DNA of 32,000 nt from NCBI RefSeq assembly GCF_000008565.1, contig NC_001263.1, forward strand, positions 1,062,928 through 1,094,927, given 5' to 3'. Position numbers and translations under genes: made by a program. Source of the stretch: Deinococcus radiodurans R1 = ATCC 13939 = DSM 20539. GTDB taxonomy: Bacteria; Deinococcota; Deinococci; Deinococcales; Deinococcaceae. This document shows, piece after piece, positions 8,019-18,681 of this stretch. How positions within the stretch are numbered: the stretch's first letter is position 1; every line of letters begins with the position of its first letter. The notes beneath the pieces are model-generated. The model saw only the letters and a program-made list of their open reading frames with translations. It was not told where the DNA came from and did not search any database.

Positions 8019-8985
8019 ATGTCCGCTACCCCGCCCCCCGCCTCTCACCCGCTCGCCGCGCCGCTGCTCTCGGGGTCGCGCCGCGCCCTGGCGAAGGCGA
8101 TTACGCTCGTCGAGTCCCGTCGCCCCGCCCACGAGCAGGAGGCGCAGGCTTTGCTGACCGAGCTGCTGCCCCACGCCGGCAGGTCGCTGCGCGTCGGTCT
8201 GACGGGAGTGCCGGGAGTAGGCAAAAGCACGCTGATTGAGGCTTTGGGTCTGTTTCTGGCAGACGCTGGGCACCGGGTGGCGGTGCTGGCGGTGGACCCG
8301 TCGAGCCAGCGCACCGGCGGCAGCATCATGGGCGATAAGACGCGCATGCCCCGGCTTACTGTGCACGAGGGCGCCTTTATTCGCCCCAGTCCGTCGGGCG
8401 GCACCCTCGGCGGCGTGGCGCGGCGTACCCGAGAAACCATCACGCTCTGCGAGGCGGCGGGCTACGACGTGTTGCTCATAGAAACGGTGGGCGTCGGCCA
8501 GTCCGAGACGCAGGTGGCGGGCATGACCGACCTTTTCGTGCTGCTTACCCTGCACGGTGCGGGCGACGAGCTTCAGGGCATCAAGCGCGGCATCATGGAA
8601 CTCGCCGACCTGTGCGTGGTGAACAAGGCCGACACCAACCCCAGAGCCGCCATTCGCGCCCAGACCGAGTTGCGCTCGGCCCTCACGCTGCTGACCCCCC
8701 ACGACGCTCCCTGGCGCCCCGCCGCGCTGCGGGCCTCGGCGGTCACGGGCGAAGGCATTCCCGAGCTGTGGGCCAAAGTGCAGGAGTACGCGGAAACGGT
8801 GGACCTCGCCGCCAAACGCCGCGCCCAGACCGCCGTGTGGTTCGACGACCTGTGCGCGAGGCGGTGTGGCGGGCCTTCCTGAGTGAGCAAGACCCGGCGC
8901 GGTGCGCGAACTGCGGGCGCAAGTCGAGCGCGGCGAAAAGGCGGCGGTGGCAGCGGTGGGCGAGGCCGTCAGTCCCCAGACGTAG
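8019..8985 (+). pseudogene. meaB: MeaB/ArgK G3E-family GTPase (methylmalonyl-CoA mutase chaperone); the C-terminal region needs two 1-nt corrections
   Basis: It has GVPGVGKST (P-loop), [18 protein letters not shown] and NKAD. The frame of ORF 8001..8882 ends in CARRCGGPS. The expected C-terminus continues as [17 protein letters not shown] in a second frame, then VRELRAQVERGEKAAVAAVGEAVSPQT-stop (TAG 8983-8985) in the third. An alternative start is ATG 8001. Confidence 0.8.
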
Positions 8986-9016
8986 ACGGCCCGCCCCCTG
9001 TTCCCTGGCGGCCCGC

Positions 9017-9022
9017 TATCTT
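9017..9022 (+). promoter_or_regulatory. -10-like box TATCTT, 6 nt upstream of ATG 9029 (leaderless-type start)
   Basis: tatctt at 9017-9022, spacer ccccct, ATG at 9029-9031. Confidence 0.45.
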
Positions 9023-9028
9023 CCCCCT

Positions 9029-10018
9029 ATGTCTGAAACGATGAAGGCTATTGTGGTCGAGCGCATTGGCACGCCCGACGTAATGGAACTGCGCGAAGTC
9101 CCCCGCCCCGCCCCCCGCGCCGGGCAGGTGCTGCTGAGAGTCGAAGCGGTCGGCGTGAACTTTGCCGACGCCCTGAGCGTGGGCGGACAGTACCTGACGG
9201 CGACCAAGGTGCCCTACGTGCCCGGCATGGAACTCGCCGGCACGGTCGTCGAACTCGGCGAAGGGGTCACGAACGTGCAGGTCGGCCAGCGCGTCGCGGC
9301 CCTCGGCGGCACGGGCGGCCTCGCCGAGTACGCGGCGGTCCCGGCGGCGGGCGTGGTGCCGGTGCCCGAGTCGTTTACCCCCGCGCAGGCGGCGGCGTTT
9401 CCGGTGTCGTTCATGACCGCCTACCACGCGCTCAAAACTCTGGGGCGCGGCGAAGCGGGCGAATGGGTGCTGGTGCAGGCGGCAGCAGGGGCGCTGGGCA
9501 CGGCGTCGGTGCAGCTCGCCAAGGCGCTCGGCATGAACGTGATTGCCCTCGCCAGCACCGAGGAAAAACTGCAACTCGCCCGCAACCTCGGCGCCGACGT
9601 GACGATTTTGCAGGACGACCCCGACCGCGTGCAGAAAGTCCGTGACGCAGCGGGCGGCAAGGGCGTGCCCCTGCTGCTCGAAGTCGTGGGGGGCTCGCGC
9701 TTCGACGAAAGCTTGAAGATGGTTGCGCCGCTTGGCCGCATCATCTTCATCGGCAACGCCAGCCGCGAGGAAGTGAGCATGAACCCCGCCGCCCTGATGA
9801 AGCGCAACGTCAGCGTAATCGGGCTGTGGCTCACCTCGCTGATGCTCGACGCCGAAGTCTCCGCCGCCGCTTCCCAGGGTCTCGCCCCGCTGATCGCCAG
9901 CGGCAAGGTCGTGCCGCAGGTCGGCCCCAGCTACGGCCTCGCCGACAGCTCGCGCGCCTTTCAGGACATCCTGGACCGCAAGACGACCGGCAAAGTCGTG
10001 ATCGAGCCGCAGCGCTGA
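9029..10018 (+). CDS. NADPH:quinone oxidoreductase / zeta-crystallin-like medium-chain dehydrogenase
   Basis: MSETMKAIVVERIGTPDVMEL..., GroES-like N-terminus, AAGALGTASVQLAK Rossmann motif. The part of ORF 8612..10018 upstream of 9029 is the shifted meaB tail and is not part of this gene. Confidence 0.88.
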   Translation: MSETMKAIVVERIGTPDVMELREVPRPAPRAGQVLLRVEAVGVNFADALSVGGQYLTATKVPYVPGMELAGTVVELGEGVTNVQVGQRVAALGGTGGLAEYAAVPAAGVVPVPESFTPAQAAAFPVSFMTAYHALKTLGRGEAGEWVLVQAAAGALGTASVQLAKALGMNVIALASTEEKLQLARNLGADVTILQDDPDRVQKVRDAAGGKGVPLLLEVVGGSRFDESLKMVAPLGRIIFIGNASREEVSMNPAALMKRNVSVIGLWLTSLMLDAEVSAAASQGLAPLIASGKVVPQVGPSYGLADSSRAFQDILDRKTTGKVVIEPQR

Positions 10019-10025
10019 AGCTGGC

Positions 10026-10069
10026 AAAAAGGGGGCGGGCCGTGGAAACTTCCAGGCCCGCCCCTTTTT
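10026..10069. terminator. bidirectional intrinsic terminator between the convergent genes
   Basis: aaaaa-gggggcgggcc ... ggcccgcccc-ttttt (stem arms 10032-10041 / 10055-10064, with inner tgga/tcca pairs). Confidence 0.85.
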
Positions 10070-10108
10070 CCCTCCCTTAGAGCATTTGACAGAATGATCT
10101 GGGCTGTC

Positions 10109-10167
10109 GTTGACCCTCTACCTTGATGGGAGAGGGCCTTGCGACGCAAGGGGTGAGGGTGTCTTTT
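10109..10167. repeat. SNR-like palindromic intergenic repeat
   Basis: gttgaccctctacc-ttgat-gggagagggccttgc-gac-gcaaggggtgagggtgtctttt. It matches the architecture of the other copies. Confidence 0.8.
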
Positions 10168-10174
10168 AAATGCC

Positions 10175-10617
10175 TCAGAGGTTGAAAAAGCGCACAGCGG
10201 ACGCCACCAGGGAATCCCCGCCAGCGCGACCACCAGCGACAGCGCCGTCCACAGCGCGGCGGCGCGGTACTTGCCCTGGTCGGTGGCGGCCTTGCGGCTT
10301 TGCACGCTGGCAAGTGTGGCGAACACGGCGGCCAGCACCCCCAGGGCCAGGTGTTCCCACTGGAAGCTCGCGCGCGGGGCGCTGGCAAAGACCGGCACCT
10401 TGTTCATGCCGAGGTACGCGAACAGCAGCAGCCCCAGCAGCAGTTGCAGGTGCACGCTGCCCATGAACATGCCCACCGGGCGGCGCTCGGCGGGGGTAAA
10501 GGGCCGCGAACCGTTCAGGCCCGGCACGTTTTGCAGCAGCGCCCAGATGCCAAAGATCAGCACCAGCCAGCGGTTGAGGTTGTGCAGGGTCAGCAGGATG
10601 ACATAGACAGTCGCCAT
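10175..10617 (-). CDS. small integral membrane protein (4 predicted TM helices); the C-terminus probably needs a 1-nt correction near 10194/10195
   Basis: MATVYVILLTLHNLNRWLVLIFGIWALL... As printed, the ORF runs on to 9961 through the SNR repeat, the terminator and 58 nt of the convergent gene. One added G (CTG-GTG-CGC) gives ...GIPWWRPLVRFFNL-stop at 10175, immediately before the repeat. Confidence 0.6.
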
Positions 10618-10687
10618 GCGGTCAGCTTAACGGTTACCGGGCGGTCAGGGGGCAAACGGTTTGCTTATGCTCGGCAGATATCCCGCG

Positions 10688-11761
<1,074 letters not shown>

Positions 11762-11768
11762 GGGGGGG

Positions 11769-11774
11769 ATTGTA
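11769..11774 (-). promoter_or_regulatory. -10 box TACAAT, 7 nt upstream of GTG 11761 (leaderless-type start)
   Basis: The rc of attgta at 11769-11774, spacer CCCCCCC, GTG at 11761. Confidence 0.5.
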
Positions 11775-11793
11775 GCAGGGGCGGGGCACGGTG

Positions 11794-11821
11794 CCCGCTG
11801 CCGATTGCCCGCTGCCGATTG
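11794..11821. repeat. perfect 14-bp tandem duplication cccgctgccgattg x2 in a divergent promoter region
   Basis: 11794-11807 and 11808-11821 are identical. Confidence 0.9.
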
Positions 11822-11857
11822 ACCGCCGCTGACCGTCCGCGCTTTTGACAAATGCTC

Positions 11858-11863
11858 TAGAGT
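11858..11863 (+). promoter_or_regulatory. -10-like box TAGAGT, 7 nt upstream of ATG 11871 (leaderless-type start)
   Basis: tagagt at 11858-11863, spacer gcccccc, ATG at 11871. Confidence 0.45.
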
Positions 11864-11870
11864 GCCCCCC

Positions 11871-12896
11871 ATGAAAAACCTTGTCCTGACCCTGGCGCTT
11901 CTCACGGGCGGCGCGGCCCTGGCCCAGACGAGCCAGCCGACGCCGGCCCCGCAACCTGCAACGACCCCGGCGACTTCCACGCAACCCGCAGCTCAGCCTT
12001 CGACCACCCAGTCGCCCGACGCCGTGGTGGCCCGCGTGGGCAACCAGACCTTGACGCTCGCCGATTTTGACCGCTCCTTCCGCGTGGCCGTCGCCGGGGT
12101 CGTCAACGCCCAAGGACTGCCGCTGAGCGACGACCTGCTGGCCGAGTTCGCCTCCAGCCGTCCCGAGTACCTCAAGCAGTTCGTGCGCGAGCAGGCGCTG
12201 ACCCAGCTCGCCCGTGCCAGCGTGAAGCCCGACGCGGCAGCCATCGACGCCCAGCTCGCCCAGGCCCGCGCCGGGTTCGGCAGCGACGCCGACTTTCAGC
12301 AGGCGCTGACCCAGACCGGCTACGGCAGCGCCGACGACCTGCGCGCGGGTCTGGAGCGTCAGGCGGTCATCGCGCCTTACCTCCAGAGTGTGCAAAAGCG
12401 CTTCACTTTTGGCGACGCCATCGTGAACGGGTACTACAACCTGCACCGCGACGCCTTCACGCGTGACGCCGAAGCCTGTGTCAAGCACATCCTGGTCGCC
12501 ACTGAAGCCGAGGCGAAGACCATCGTCACCGACCTCAGCGCGGGCAAGGACTTCGCCGCCGTCGCCAAGGCCAAGAGCCAGGATCCCGGCAGCGCCGCTG
12601 AGGGAGGCGACCTCGGCTGCATCGCGCCCGGCGACACCGTGGCCGCCTTCGACAAGGCGAGCTTTTCCGGCCCGCTGAACCAGCCCCAGGTCGTGCAGAC
12701 CGAGTACGGCTGGCACGTCCTGACGGTCAGCCGCCGCAGCGCCGCAGGACTCCTGCCGCTCACCGAGGCCGCCCCCCTCATCCGCGAGCAGCTTTCGCGT
12801 GAAGCCGCCCAGAAGTACCTCGACGCCCAGATTGCCCGCATCAAGGTGGAAACGTTCCCCGATGTGGTGAAGGTCGCCGCGCCCGCTGGCAAGTAA
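11871..12896 (+). CDS. secreted parvulin-type peptidyl-prolyl cis-trans isomerase (SurA/PrsA-like)
   Basis: It has a signal peptide (MKNLVLTLALLTGGAALAQ) and a PpiC domain (VKHILV...GGDLGCIAPGDTVAAFDKA...TEYGWHVL). Confidence 0.88.
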   Translation: MKNLVLTLALLTGGAALAQTSQPTPAPQPATTPATSTQPAAQPSTTQSPDAVVARVGNQTLTLADFDRSFRVAVAGVVNAQGLPLSDDLLAEFASSRPEYLKQFVREQALTQLARASVKPDAAAIDAQLAQARAGFGSDADFQQALTQTGYGSADDLRAGLERQAVIAPYLQSVQKRFTFGDAIVNGYYNLHRDAFTRDAEACVKHILVATEAEAKTIVTDLSAGKDFAAVAKAKSQDPGSAAEGGDLGCIAPGDTVAAFDKASFSGPLNQPQVVQTEYGWHVLTVSRRSAAGLLPLTEAAPLIREQLSREAAQKYLDAQIARIKVETFPDVVKVAAPAGK

Positions 12897-12905
12897 ACCA
12901 GCTCA

Positions 12906-12946
12906 AGAAAACCGCCGCCGGGCAGCTTTCCTGGCGGCGGTTTTCT
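12906..12946. terminator. bidirectional intrinsic terminator
   Basis: aaaaccgccgcc (12908-12919) pairs with ggcggcggtttt (12933-12944), with a 13-nt loop. Confidence 0.85.
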
Positions 12947-12977
12947 TATTCGCGCAGCAACCTATTCCTCCAGCAAC

Positions 12978-13728
12978 CTATTTCCCCAACAAGAACGCCA
13001 GCGCCGCGTCGCGCAGGCCCACGCTGGTGTAGTGGGCGACGCCGGGAAAATTCTGTTCCTCGAAAGCGCCCGTCGCGTCCGCGTAGGCTTCGCGGTAGGC
13101 CGCCGCCGTCGGCTGATGGTGCGCGACGAGCGAAAACACCGGGTCTTCCTCCCCGCTCGCGATCAGCAGTGGCGTGGGGGCCGCGCGCCAGGCGTGGGTC
13201 AGGGGCCGGTGCGCTTCCAGAAACGCCCGCAGCTCCGGCGCCCGCACCTGCGGTTCCTGCCAGACACCCGAGGTGATGAGCGCAGCGGGCGCGGGTCAGG
13301 CGCGGCTCGGTTTGCAGCAGCGTCTGCACCACGTACCCGCCCATGCTTGAGCCCACCGCCAGCACCGGCCCCGCACCGAAGCGCCCCGCCAGCGCGTCCA
13401 GCAGCGCTGGAGCCTCGACCACCGTCCGGCGCACGCTGTCCCAGACATATTCGCGGGCATTAAGCCCTGGCGGCGTGTCCCCCTGTCGCTCACCGTGCAA
13501 CGCGGCGTCGGGGATGACCACCGCAATCCCGTGTGTCGTCAGCGCAGAGTACACCCCGAGTTTGCCTTCCTTGGCGGCCCAGGCCCCGTGGTAGACGAGG
13601 CAGACGCCGCGCACGTCGCTGTCTTTCGGCGGCAGTTCAAGGAGACATGGGACGCCCGCGAGCACCGCCCGCTCGACGCGGTAGGGATGGCCTTCCGTCA
13701 GCGGCGTGGCGTGGTCGGTCGTGTTCAT
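12978..13728 (-). pseudogene. alpha/beta hydrolase (dienelactone hydrolase-like) with an interrupted frame (apparent extra base near 13287-13290)
   Basis: ORF 12946..13728 carries the N-terminal part with GSSMGG, then turns into Ala/Gly/Arg nonsense. ORF 12978..13247 and its upstream extension give ...AALITSGVWQEPQVRAPELRAFLEAH...GEEDPVF...GVAHYTS (Asp/His region). Confidence 0.78.
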
Positions 13729-14294
13729 CCTCCCTCCTCTGGCGCGAGCACCTGCCGCAGCAGCCGCAGTTGCCCCCGGTGGTTCACCTCATCTTCCATC
13801 ACGTGAAACCAGGCCCAGTGCTGGTTCGCCCAGCCTGGCCCCAGCGGCTCGGCCAGCCAGGCGTCGTCTTTTGCGGCAAAGACCCGCAGCGTCTCGGCGC
13901 GGGCGTCGGCAAGCTCAGCCCGCAACTCGTCCAGGGTTGGCAGCCGAGCCGGAGCGGTGCCTTCTTTCCCCATCGTCAGGCCCCAGTACGCGGCGCCGTC
14001 GTCTTCGGGCGTCACGTCGCGGCCCTGAAACGACAGGACGTGGTAGACGCGCTCCACCGCCGCGATGTGAGCGAGCAGCGTCCCGATGGAATTGGCGAAG
14101 CCGGGAGCCGTGGCCCACAACTGGTCCTCCGGCAAGCCTTCCACTGCTTGCAGGGTGGTCAGCCGGGCGTAGGTCAGCATCTCCACCAGGGCGCCGATGT
14201 GAGGCGTGAAGGCGGGGTCGGCGTCCGGCTGCACAAAATAAGCCCGCTCGCTGTTCAGGGTCTGCGCGTGAAGTTCGGGATTGAAGGTCGGCAT
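13725..14294 (-). CDS. DinB-family (DinB_2/YfiT-like) metal-dependent protein
   Basis: Four-helix DinB pattern with conserved His residues (…LAHIAAVE…, …HVMEDEVNHRGQL…). AAGGAGA RBS upstream. The stop overlaps the hydrolase ATG (ATGA at 13725-13728). Confidence 0.82.
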   Translation of the reverse strand: MPTFNPELHAQTLNSERAYFVQPDADPAFTPHIGALVEMLTYARLTTLQAVEGLPEDQLWATAPGFANSIGTLLAHIAAVERVYHVLSFQGRDVTPEDDGAAYWGLTMGKEGTAPARLPTLDELRAELADARAETLRVFAAKDDAWLAEPLGPGWANQHWAWFHVMEDEVNHRGQLRLLRQVLAPEEGG

Positions 14295-14392
14295 CTGGTC
14301 TCCTTGTCGGGTTGGTGCTTACAGATTGGCGCCCAGGCGTCTCGATTCGCCTGCGCCGTTCTTCGACAGCCACACTACTGGGACACAGGCGA

Positions 14393-14599
14393 TTATTCGC
14401 GGCCTACCAGCTCGCGTTTGATGACCACCAGCACTTCACGGGTTTTGCCCCAGCGGTGGCTGGTGGTGGTCGCACTCGCCACTTCCCAGCCCTGCTCGCC
14501 CCATTCGCACAGCACCTGTTGCAGCTCGGTGTGGTTGATGACGATGGGAAACGGCGGCTGCGGGGGAAATGAAAACGTGACGTACTCGTAGCGTTTCAT
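14393..14599 (-). CDS. DUF4177 domain protein
   Basis: MKRYEYVTFSF...LCEWGEQGWEVASA...VVIKRE matches the DUF4177 pattern. I chose the ATG at 14599. Confidence 0.6.
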   Translation of the reverse strand: MKRYEYVTFSFPPQPPFPIVINHTELQQVLCEWGEQGWEVASATTTSHRWGKTREVLVVIKRELVGRE

Positions 14600-14700
14600 C
14601 TTGTGGACAGTGTGCACCTGCCCGGCAGTGTTCGCTCTTGACGGTGTCCTCCAGACCCTTCATGAAGTTCTCAAAAGTACGAAGCCGTGCCAGCGACCAC

Positions 14701-14726
14701 AAAAAACCCCGCCCAGGCAGGCGGGG
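14701..14726 (-). terminator. intrinsic terminator of the small Thr-rich protein gene
   Basis: Minus strand: CCCCGCC-TGCCTG-GGCGGGG-TTTTTT. Confidence 0.8.
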
Positions 14727-14744
14727 AAAGCTTCTAAGCAGGTC

Positions 14745-14981
14745 TTAGCGGCGGGTGGTGGTCGTGGTGGTGTGCACGGTCGGGGCGGGCTGCTGACGGC
14801 CCAGGCCCAGCAGACCGGCGAGACCCAGCAGACCGAGCCAGCCCCAGTCGAAGCCGCGCTTCTCGGTGGTGGTCGTGGTGGTGGTCTGGGTCGTGCCGGT
14901 GGTGTTGTTGGTGTCCTGGGCGGACGCCGCGACAGGCAGCGCGAGGGCGGCGACGACGGCAACGGTCTTGAGCAGTTTCAT
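14745..14981 (-). CDS. small secreted Thr-rich protein with a DWGWLGLLGLAGLLGLG hydrophobic Gly/Leu segment
   Basis: It has a signal peptide (MKLLKTVAVVAALALPVAASA|QD), Thr runs and a basic C-terminus (RR). It also has its own terminator. Confidence 0.7.
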   Translation of the reverse strand: MKLLKTVAVVAALALPVAASAQDTNNTTGTTQTTTTTTTEKRGFDWGWLGLLGLAGLLGLGRQQPAPTVHTTTTTTRR

Positions 14982-15097
14982 GCTCCGCAGTTTGACGGCT
15001 GCGCCGCCGCTTGTCCTTGATGGAGCCTTTAGACGGTCATGGGTCTGACATTTGTGTCCGTCTCATCTGCGCTGGGTGCCAGGCGAGTGGCAGGCAC

Positions 15098-15126
15098 AAA
15101 AAAGCCGCCCCCAGGGGAGGAGGCGG
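15098..15126 (-). terminator. intrinsic terminator after hbd
   Basis: Minus strand: CCGCCTCC-TCCCCT-GGGGGCGG-C-TTTTTT (8 bp including one G-U pair). Confidence 0.7.
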
Positions 15127-15159
15127 ACCCTTTCCAGGCAGCTCGAACGCAGCCGGGGC

Positions 15160-15996
<837 letters not shown>

Positions 15997-16022
15997 GGTT
16001 GCTCCTTTGAAATGTTGAATTC

Positions 16023-16454
16023 CTACGCTCTGCCGATTTGGTCTGCCAGCTTCCGTGCTTCCCGTGTGCCGATGACCAGCCGGGAGCCGTCGCTGAGGCG
16101 GACTTCCACATATTCTGCCTGCGGGCGCAGCGAGTAGAGCCAGCCGTCGCTCAGCAGGCGCACCCCCACGCCGAGGGGCGACGGGGCCGGCACCACGCGA
16201 ACGCCCGCAATCGCCCCACGAGGAATTCGCCGGGTGAACAGGCCCGCGCCGAGGCTGACGCGCAGTTCGTCGGCAGTCAGGCGGACGCTCAGCCAACTCA
16301 TGACCAACGTGACCGCGCCGAGCAGCATCAGCATGACGGCTATCCCGGTCCTCTGCTCGGCGGACGCCTGACCCCAGACCACAGCGGCACACAGCAGGCT
16401 CAGGAGCGCGGCATAAGCCCACACGAGATCGTCACGCTGCTCGGCGTAGGTCAT
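16023..16454 (-). CDS. membrane protein with two N-terminal TM helices and a bacterial PH-like C-terminal domain
   Basis: A 143-aa ORF with high GC3. The TM pair is followed by [25 protein letters not shown]..., resembling bPH/DUF304-type proteins. Confidence 0.6.
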   Translation of the reverse strand: MTYAEQRDDLVWAYAALLSLLCAAVVWGQASAEQRTGIAVMLMLLGAVTLVMSWLSVRLTADELRVSLGAGLFTRRIPRGAIAGVRVVPAPSPLGVGVRLLSDGWLYSLRPQAEYVEVRLSDGSRLVIGTREARKLADQIGRA

Positions 16455-16481
16455 GGTGACTCTACCAGCGGCACGCCGTCC
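16452..16481. repeat. 30-nt direct repeat, copy A (28/30 identical to 17147-17176)
   Basis: catggtgactctaccagcggcacgccgtcc. Confidence 0.9.
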
Positions 16482-16549
16482 GCCCTTTTCCGATGACTCC
16501 GAAGTTCATTCGTATCGCTCCATTCAAAAGAATGTGTTGTGCCCTTTCG

Positions 16550-17149
16550 TCAATTCAGCAACCTGACTTCTCCGTCTTCTATCCAGAGCGCCTGACCATC
16601 CCGCAGAAGACACAGAGGCCAGCGTTCCCCATACGTCCGGACCGTGTCAGCAATGGTTTCAATGGGGAACTGAGAAATGCTGCCCGAGGCGTGGGGAATG
16701 ACCGCCAACTCTGTCAGGCCCAGACCGGTGTAGTCTTTTAAATCCGGCGCTATATCTGGAGAATCCATCAAGCTGACTGCTTCAATGGTTGGTCCAGCAA
16801 CGACGGAGCCGGCGCTGCAACCGATATAAGGCAGCCCCTGCCGGACGCGCCGGGTGATGACTTTGTCCGACCCCGTTGATCTGAGGACTTGCAAGAGGTC
16901 GAAGGTTTCTCCTCCAGCGACGTAGACCCCATCTACAGCATTCAGGGTCGTTTCGACTGCGGCCAGATCAGTGTGTGACAGGGGCAGGTTGATCAGCTCC
17001 AGCCCTTGTTTCTCCAGGCCCTCCCGCTCTTTTTGCACGAAGGGCGCGTCTGCATAGGAACGGGCGGCATCCGGGATGTACGCTACCCGTTTGCCCCCGA
17101 TGAACTGCGCCATAGACGGATGCTGGAAGGAAGTCAGCAGAAGTCGCAT
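16550..17149 (-). CDS. S51 family peptidase (peptidase E / cyanophycinase-like), low-GC insert
   Basis: MRLLLTSFQ...[12 protein letters not shown]...[11 protein letters not shown] (nucleophile Ser context)...IPHA. Its GC and codon usage differ clearly from its neighbours. Confidence 0.82.
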
Positions 17150-17176
17150 GGTTACTCCACCAGCGGCACGCCGTCC
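17147..17176. repeat. 30-nt direct repeat, copy B
   Basis: catggttactccaccagcggcacgccgtcc. This is the natural junction of the YciI-like stop and the peptidase ATG. Confidence 0.9.
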
Positions 17177-17469
17177 AAGTCCAGCGCCCGGCCACGCTTG
17201 ACCGGGGTGAACGGCATGTATGCGTACTCGGCAAAACCGCCCTGCACGAAGGGGTCGTCGCGGAACAGGTCGCGCAACTCCTGCTCGCTGTCGGCCCGGC
17301 AAATCAGGACGCCGCCGGTGCCATCGAGCTTACGCCCGCTGGTCAGGAACACGCCGCTGCGGTAGTGCTGGTCGAGCCATTCGCGGTGCTTCGGCGTGGT
17401 GGCGTTCAGCTCGTCGCCGGTCTTGAGGTAGGTGCTGTGGACGACCCAGAGGGTAGGAGTTTCGCTCAT
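17152..17469 (-). CDS. YciI-like protein
   Basis: 105 aa with the YciI family pattern (...[18 protein letters not shown]...DPFVQGG...). Confidence 0.8.
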
Positions 17470-17487
17470 ACGCTCAGCCTAATCCCT

Positions 17488-18669
<1,182 letters not shown>

Positions 18670-18675
18670 GCGGAA

Positions 18676-18681
18676 AGTCTA
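18676..18681 (-). promoter_or_regulatory. -10-like box TAGACT, 6 nt upstream of the thiolase ATG (leaderless-type start)
   Basis: The rc of agtcta at 18676-18681, spacer TTCCGC, ATG at 18669. Confidence 0.45.

Noticed and set aside
8612-9028. The upstream 139 codons of the long ORF 8612..10018.
   Set aside because: This part overlaps meaB in another frame and contains the shifted meaB C-terminal segment. The oxidoreductase family begins at MSETMKAIVV (9029), which has its own -10 box.
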